From Macrostomum lignano (lineage: Eukaryota), in the NCBI GenBank assembly GCA_002269645.1, contig NIVC01000420.1, forward strand, positions 554,217-618,216: DNA of 64,000 nucleotides, read 5' to 3'. A program made the position numbers and the translations under genes. The notes beneath the pieces are model-generated. The model saw only the letters and a list, made by a program, of their open reading frames with translations, was not told where the DNA came from and made no database searches. The stretch's first letter is position 1; every line of letters starts with the position of its first letter. Of this stretch, positions 58,761 through 64,000 are shown one piece after another.

Positions 58761-59444
58761 ATATTTTCTAATTTATTCGGTGCATTTTATTCCATTTGCA
58801 ATATCTGTACGAAAAAAATGCGAGTTCGCTTCAATCCCTCAAACTGGTCGCTACGAGACAAGACAAAGACTCTCTACACCTGCATTGTTCTCTCGCACAA
58901 ATACCCTTATATTCGTAGTAAAATACCTTCAGCTCTTAACAGCTTTTAGAGGAAGCTTGGCCCAGCCTCCGGGGTTATGAAGCAGCTCTCTGTGAGTGTC
59001 ATTGAGCGGCGCTGGCCAAACAACTTCAAGAGCTGTGCCCGAAAATCACCCCCGACCCAAACCCTTAGGGAATAAAGACACGGAGAGGGGAGTCAGAGAC
59101 AAAGGAAGCTGCTCAGAGGTTTCTATCCTTCCTTCATCCCCCGCCTCAGTTTCATAAGTCTCCCGAAGCTCCAGTAGACCAGTAGCCCTGGCTGTTTATT
59201 CTCCCTCTCTCTCTCTCTCTCGACGCGCCGGTTGCCACCCGCCGAGCCCTCTTATTTTCCAGAAAAATGCAAGCGGCTATGGTCGAGCGCCAGTAAATGT
59301 GGGCGCCCAGACGCAAAAAACCTCTTCAATGGGGTAATTATAAGGGATTTTCAATTTGGGCTGTTGTTTTTGTCTTGACGATGGCTCTGCTTTTGATTGT
59401 GGATTTGCCTGTTCGAGATTGATCATTTGGTTGCTTTGGGGACT

Positions 59445-60165
59445 CTACCATTTCCCCTCTACTCTCTCCCCTCTACTCTCTCCCTCTACTCTCTCCCCTC
59501 TACTCTCTCCCCTCTACTCTCTCCCTCTACTCTCTCCCCTCTACTCTCTCCCTCTACTCTCTCCTCTACTCTCTCCCCTCTACTCTTTCCCATCTACTCT
59601 CCTATCTACTCTCTCCATCTAATCTCTTCTCTCTACTCTCTCCTCTCTACTCTCCAATCTACTCTCCTATCTACTCTCTACCTCTACTCTCTCCCCTGTA
59701 CTCTCTCCCCTCTCTACTTTCTCCCCTCTCTACTCTATCCCATCTACTCTCTCCCATCTACTCTCCTATCTACTCTCTCGCATCTACTCTCTCTCATCTA
59801 CTCTTCTATCTATTCTCTCCCTCTACTCTTCCATCTACTCTCTATCTACTCTCTACCCTCTACTCTCTCCCCTGTACTCTCTCCCCTCTCTACTTTCTCA
59901 CCTCTACTCTATCCATCTACTCTCTCCCATCTACTCTCCTATCTACTCTCTGGTATCTACTCTCTCTCATCTACTTTTCTATCTATTCTCTTCCATCTAC
60001 TCTCCTATCTACTCTCTCCTCTCTACTCTCTCCCATCTCTACTTTCTCCCCTCTCTACTCTATCTCATCTACTCTCTCTTATCTACTCTCTTATCTACTC
60101 TCTCGCATCTACTCTCTCTCATCTAATCTCTCCCATCTACTATCTCCCATCTACATCTTCCTCTA
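59445..60165. repeat. Degenerate CTCTA/CTCTC-rich tract bracketed by a 35-bp direct repeat
   Basis: TTGCCTGTTCGAGATTGA(T/C)CATTTGGTTGCTTTGG at 59405-59439 and 60166-60200. Confidence 0.9.
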
Positions 60166-60644
60166 TTGCCTGTTCGAGATTGACCATTTGGTTGCTTTGG
60201 TAGAAGGTATTCAGCAATAAAAATATGAATTCTTGCTTCAATTTATTTCGAGAATATTAGAGACTGAACTCATTGAACTCACCAGATGCTGCTTGTACAA
60301 AACTCTATGACTCGAACCCCAGCGATTTCAGTTTGCCCTTTGACTCTTAACCCCAGGATATCACGACGGTTTCACTGGATAATTCGTTAAACTGTTATTA
60401 TCTTCCCTATCATGGATAATTTGGGATTTTTGTTCAGTCTGGCAAACAAATTGCATGGTATGCTTAGCCTACAAGCTTTAGATAATGGAGTTTATCAGCC
60501 TGTATATGTGAGAATGAGAACGTTTTAAAACGATACTATCGATTGCAGAGAGGTTAAATGTCATCAGGCGCAGTTGCTTTGATTTTTGATAAGCTGGGTA
60601 CACAGATGGAGGTGAAGAGATTGAGGTGCATACAAATTGATGTT

Positions 60645-61750
60645 GAAAGGTTGAGGTACACAGATTGCGGTACATAGATCGAGATACACAGATCGAGATA
60701 CACAGATTGAGGTACACAGATCGAGATACACAGATCGAGATACACAGATCGAGGTACACAGATTGAGGTACACAGATTGAGGTACACAGATTGAGGTACA
60801 CAGATTGAGGTACACAGATCGAGATACACAGATCGAGATACACAGATTGAGGTACACAGATTGAGGTACACAGATTGAGGTACACAGATCGAGATACACA
60901 GATCGAGATACACAGATCGAGATACACAGATCGAGGTACACAGATTGAGGTACACAGATTGAGGTACACAGATTGAGGTACACAGATCGAGATACACAGA
61001 TCGAGATACACAGATTGAGGTACACAGATTGAGGTACACAGATTGAGGTACACAGATTGAGGTACACAGATTGAGGTACACAGATCGAGATACACAGATC
61101 GAGATACACAGATTGAGGTACACAGATTGAGGTACACAGATCGAGATACACAGATCGAGATACACAGATCGAGATACACAGATCGAGATACACAGATCGA
61201 GATACACAGATCGAGGTACACAGATTGAGGTACACAGATTGAGGTACACAGATTGAGGTACACAGATTGAGGTACACAAATTGAGGTACACAGATCGAGA
61301 TACACAGATCGAGATACACAGATCGAGATACACAGATCGAGATACACAGATCGAGGTACACAGATTGAGGTACACAGATTGAGGTACACAGATTGAGGTA
61401 CACAGATTGAGGTACACAGATTGAGGTACACAGATTGAGGTACACAAATTGAGGTACACAGATCGAGATACACAGATCGAGATACACAGATCGAGATACA
61501 CAGATCGAGATACACAGATCGAGGTACACAGATTGAGGTACACAGATTGAGGTACACAGATTGAGGTACACAGATTGAGGTACACAGATTGAGGTACACA
61601 GATCGAGATACACAGATCGAGATACACAGATTGAGGTACACAGATTGAGGTACACAGATTGAGGTACACAGATTGAGGTACACAGATCGAGATACACAGA
61701 TCGAGATACACAGATCGAGGTACACAGATTCAGGTACACAGATTGAGGTA
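60645..61750. repeat. 14-bp two-variant minisatellite (GAGGTACACAGATT / GAGATACACAGATC)
   Basis: Directly visible. Confidence 0.97.
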
Positions 61751-62484
61751 TTTTTCAACAAATGGGCGGAGATGGTCAAAGTCAGCATTTAAAAACCCTG
61801 CCAAGTCTTGAACAGGTCACTTCAAACTGTTTGAGAGGCCGAGAAAGGAGACGGGGAGAGAAAGCCAGTGGCACTTGACCTTATGCCACAAAGCTCTCCA
61901 TTTCACTCTAACAGATGGGTTAATAAAGATATTTTAACAACAACACACAGCTTGGTGAATGACTTGAGAGCACGAGGAGGGAGGGGGTTTTTAATCCGCC
62001 GGCCAGTCATTGCTTTGAAGTTTATTGCGCAAGTGCAACAGTGATCCTAACAGAGTGCGCAATCAGGCTCAAGCCGCCAGTGCACTGTAAACACACCATT
62101 AAGGGTTGAATAATAATGGTAGAGAAGCGGAGACAATGGTCAGTTGCCTCATCCGCAATCGATTGAATTTCTTCTGAGTGACTTTCTGTGTTTTGTTTGC
62201 TTTTTAGGCTAACCCACCACACGTTGAGTGGCCCTCCGCCCGCCCGCACGCGTTTAAAACTCTACTTAAAAATATTTTAACGGCTGCGGCTGCGGGCGGG
62301 TGCTCAGGGCCACTCAACTCTGCTGGTGGGTCACTTGACTGGCCACCCCAACCTCTGGAGTCCACCTGGCGGCCACTGCTACCCGCTAAACCTCATCCAT
62401 GGAGTCCTCGATACAAGAATCTGGACAAATGACTTTGTTATGCCGTTTTTACTAAATTTATCTACACTTATTCAGGAAGACTCT

Positions 62485-63955
62485 AGTTTGTGAAGATTCT
62501 ACTTTGTGAAGATTCTATGGCTTTCTGAAGATTCTATGGTTTGTGAAGATTCTATGGCTGTTGAAGATTCTATGGTTTGTGAAGATTCTATGGTTTGTGA
62601 AGATTCTATGGTTTGTGAAGATTCTATGGTTTGTGAAGATTCTATTGTTTGTGAAGATTCTATGGTTTGTGAAGCTTCTATGGTTTTCTGAAGATTCTAT
62701 GGTTTTCTGAAGATTCTATGGTTTGTGAAGATTCTATGGTTTGTGAAGATTCTATGGTTTGTGAAGATTCTATGGTTTGTGAAGATTCTATGGTTTGTGA
62801 AGATTCTATGGTGTGAAGATTCTATGGTTTGTGAAGATTCTATGGTTTGTGAAGATTCTATGGTTTCTGAAGATTCTTGGTTTTGAAGATTCTATTGTTT
62901 GTGAAGATTCTATGGTTTGTGAAGCTTATATGGTTTGTGAAGATTCTATGGTTTGTGAAGATTCTATGGTTTGTGAAGATTCTATGGTTTGTGAAGATTC
63001 TATGGCTGTTGAAGATTCTATGGTTTGTGAAGATTCTATGGTTTCTGAAGATTCTATGGTTTCTGAAGATTCTATTATTTGTGAAGATTCTATGGTTTGT
63101 GAAGCTTATATGGTTTGTGAAGATTCTATGGTTTGTGAAGATTCTATGGTTTGTGAAGCTTATATGGTTTCTGAAGATTCTATGGTTTGTGAAGCTTCTA
63201 TGGTTTGTGAAGCTTCTATGGTTTGTGAAGATTCTATGGTTTGTGAGGATTCTATGGTTTGTGAAGATTCTATGGTTGGTGAAGATTATATTTTGTGAAG
63301 ATGCTAGTTTGTGAAGATTCTATTTTGTGAAGATGCTAGTTTGTGAAGATGCTAGTTTGTGAAGATTCTATTTTGTGAAGATGCTAGTTTGTGAAGATTC
63401 TATTTTGTGAAGATGCTAGTTTGTGAAGATTCTATTTTGTGAAGATGCTAGTTTTGTGAAGATGCTAGTTTGTGAAGATGCTAGTTTTGTGAAGATGCTA
63501 GTTTGTGAAGATGCTAGTTTTTGAAGATTCTATTTTGTGAAGATGCTAGTTTGTGAAGATTCTATTTTGTGAAGATGCTAGTTTGTGAAGATGCTAGTTT
63601 GTGAAGATTCTATTTTGTGAAGATGCTAGTTTGTGAAGATTCTATTTTGTGAAGATGCTAGTTTGTCAATATTCTAGTTTGTGAAGATTCTATTTTGTGA
63701 AGATGCTAGTTTGTCAATATTCTAGTTTGTGAAGATTCTATTTTGTGAAGATGCTAGTTTGTCAATATTCTAGTTTGTGAAGATTCTATTTTGTGAAGAT
63801 GCTAGTTTGTGAAGATTCTATTTTGTGAAGATGCTAGTTTGTCAATATTCTAGTTTGTGAAGATTCTATTTTGTGAAGATGCTAGTTTGTGAAGATTCTA
63901 TTTTGTGAAGATGCTAGTTTGTCAAGATTCTAGTTTGTGAATATTCTAGTTTCAA
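62485..63955. repeat. 18-bp minisatellite (GTGAAGATTCTATGGTTT), drifting to GTGAAGATGCTAGTTT variants
   Basis: Directly visible. Confidence 0.97.
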
Positions 63956-64000
63956 CCCCAATGTACCTATTTTGACTAAAAGTTGAAAATAAAGCTTTTG

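Overview
Eukaryotic (metazoan) genomic DNA with GT-AG introns and a very high load of micro- and minisatellites. The style (Gln/Ala-rich exons, introns filled with tandem repeats, splice acceptors just upstream of start codons) suggests a flatworm such as Macrostomum; that assignment is inference. Recognisable genes are condensin subunit NCAPH/barren (minus, 3 coding exons), METTL13 (plus, 3 exons), RPL21 (plus, 2 exons), an unidentified terminal exon ending in a PDZ-type motif, and a nuclear C14orf93/DUF4616-like gene (43.6-48.3 kb). The main find is inside that last gene: a tandem array of seven divergent cassette exons, all phase 1 in, phase 0 out, length 3n+2 and with GTAAG donors. They encode alternative versions of one basic helix and look mutually exclusive (Dscam-like). 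Other notable items are a 113-bp tandem repeat whose unit is a U18-type C/D snoRNA, a complete internally deleted P-type transposon with a THAP ORF, an LTR relic with about five tandem tRNA-Leu-like primer-binding modules, and a 16-kb transposon graveyard with CpG and CpA to TpA decay. No CRISPR array, rRNA or intact tRNA gene was found. All coordinates were read by hand.
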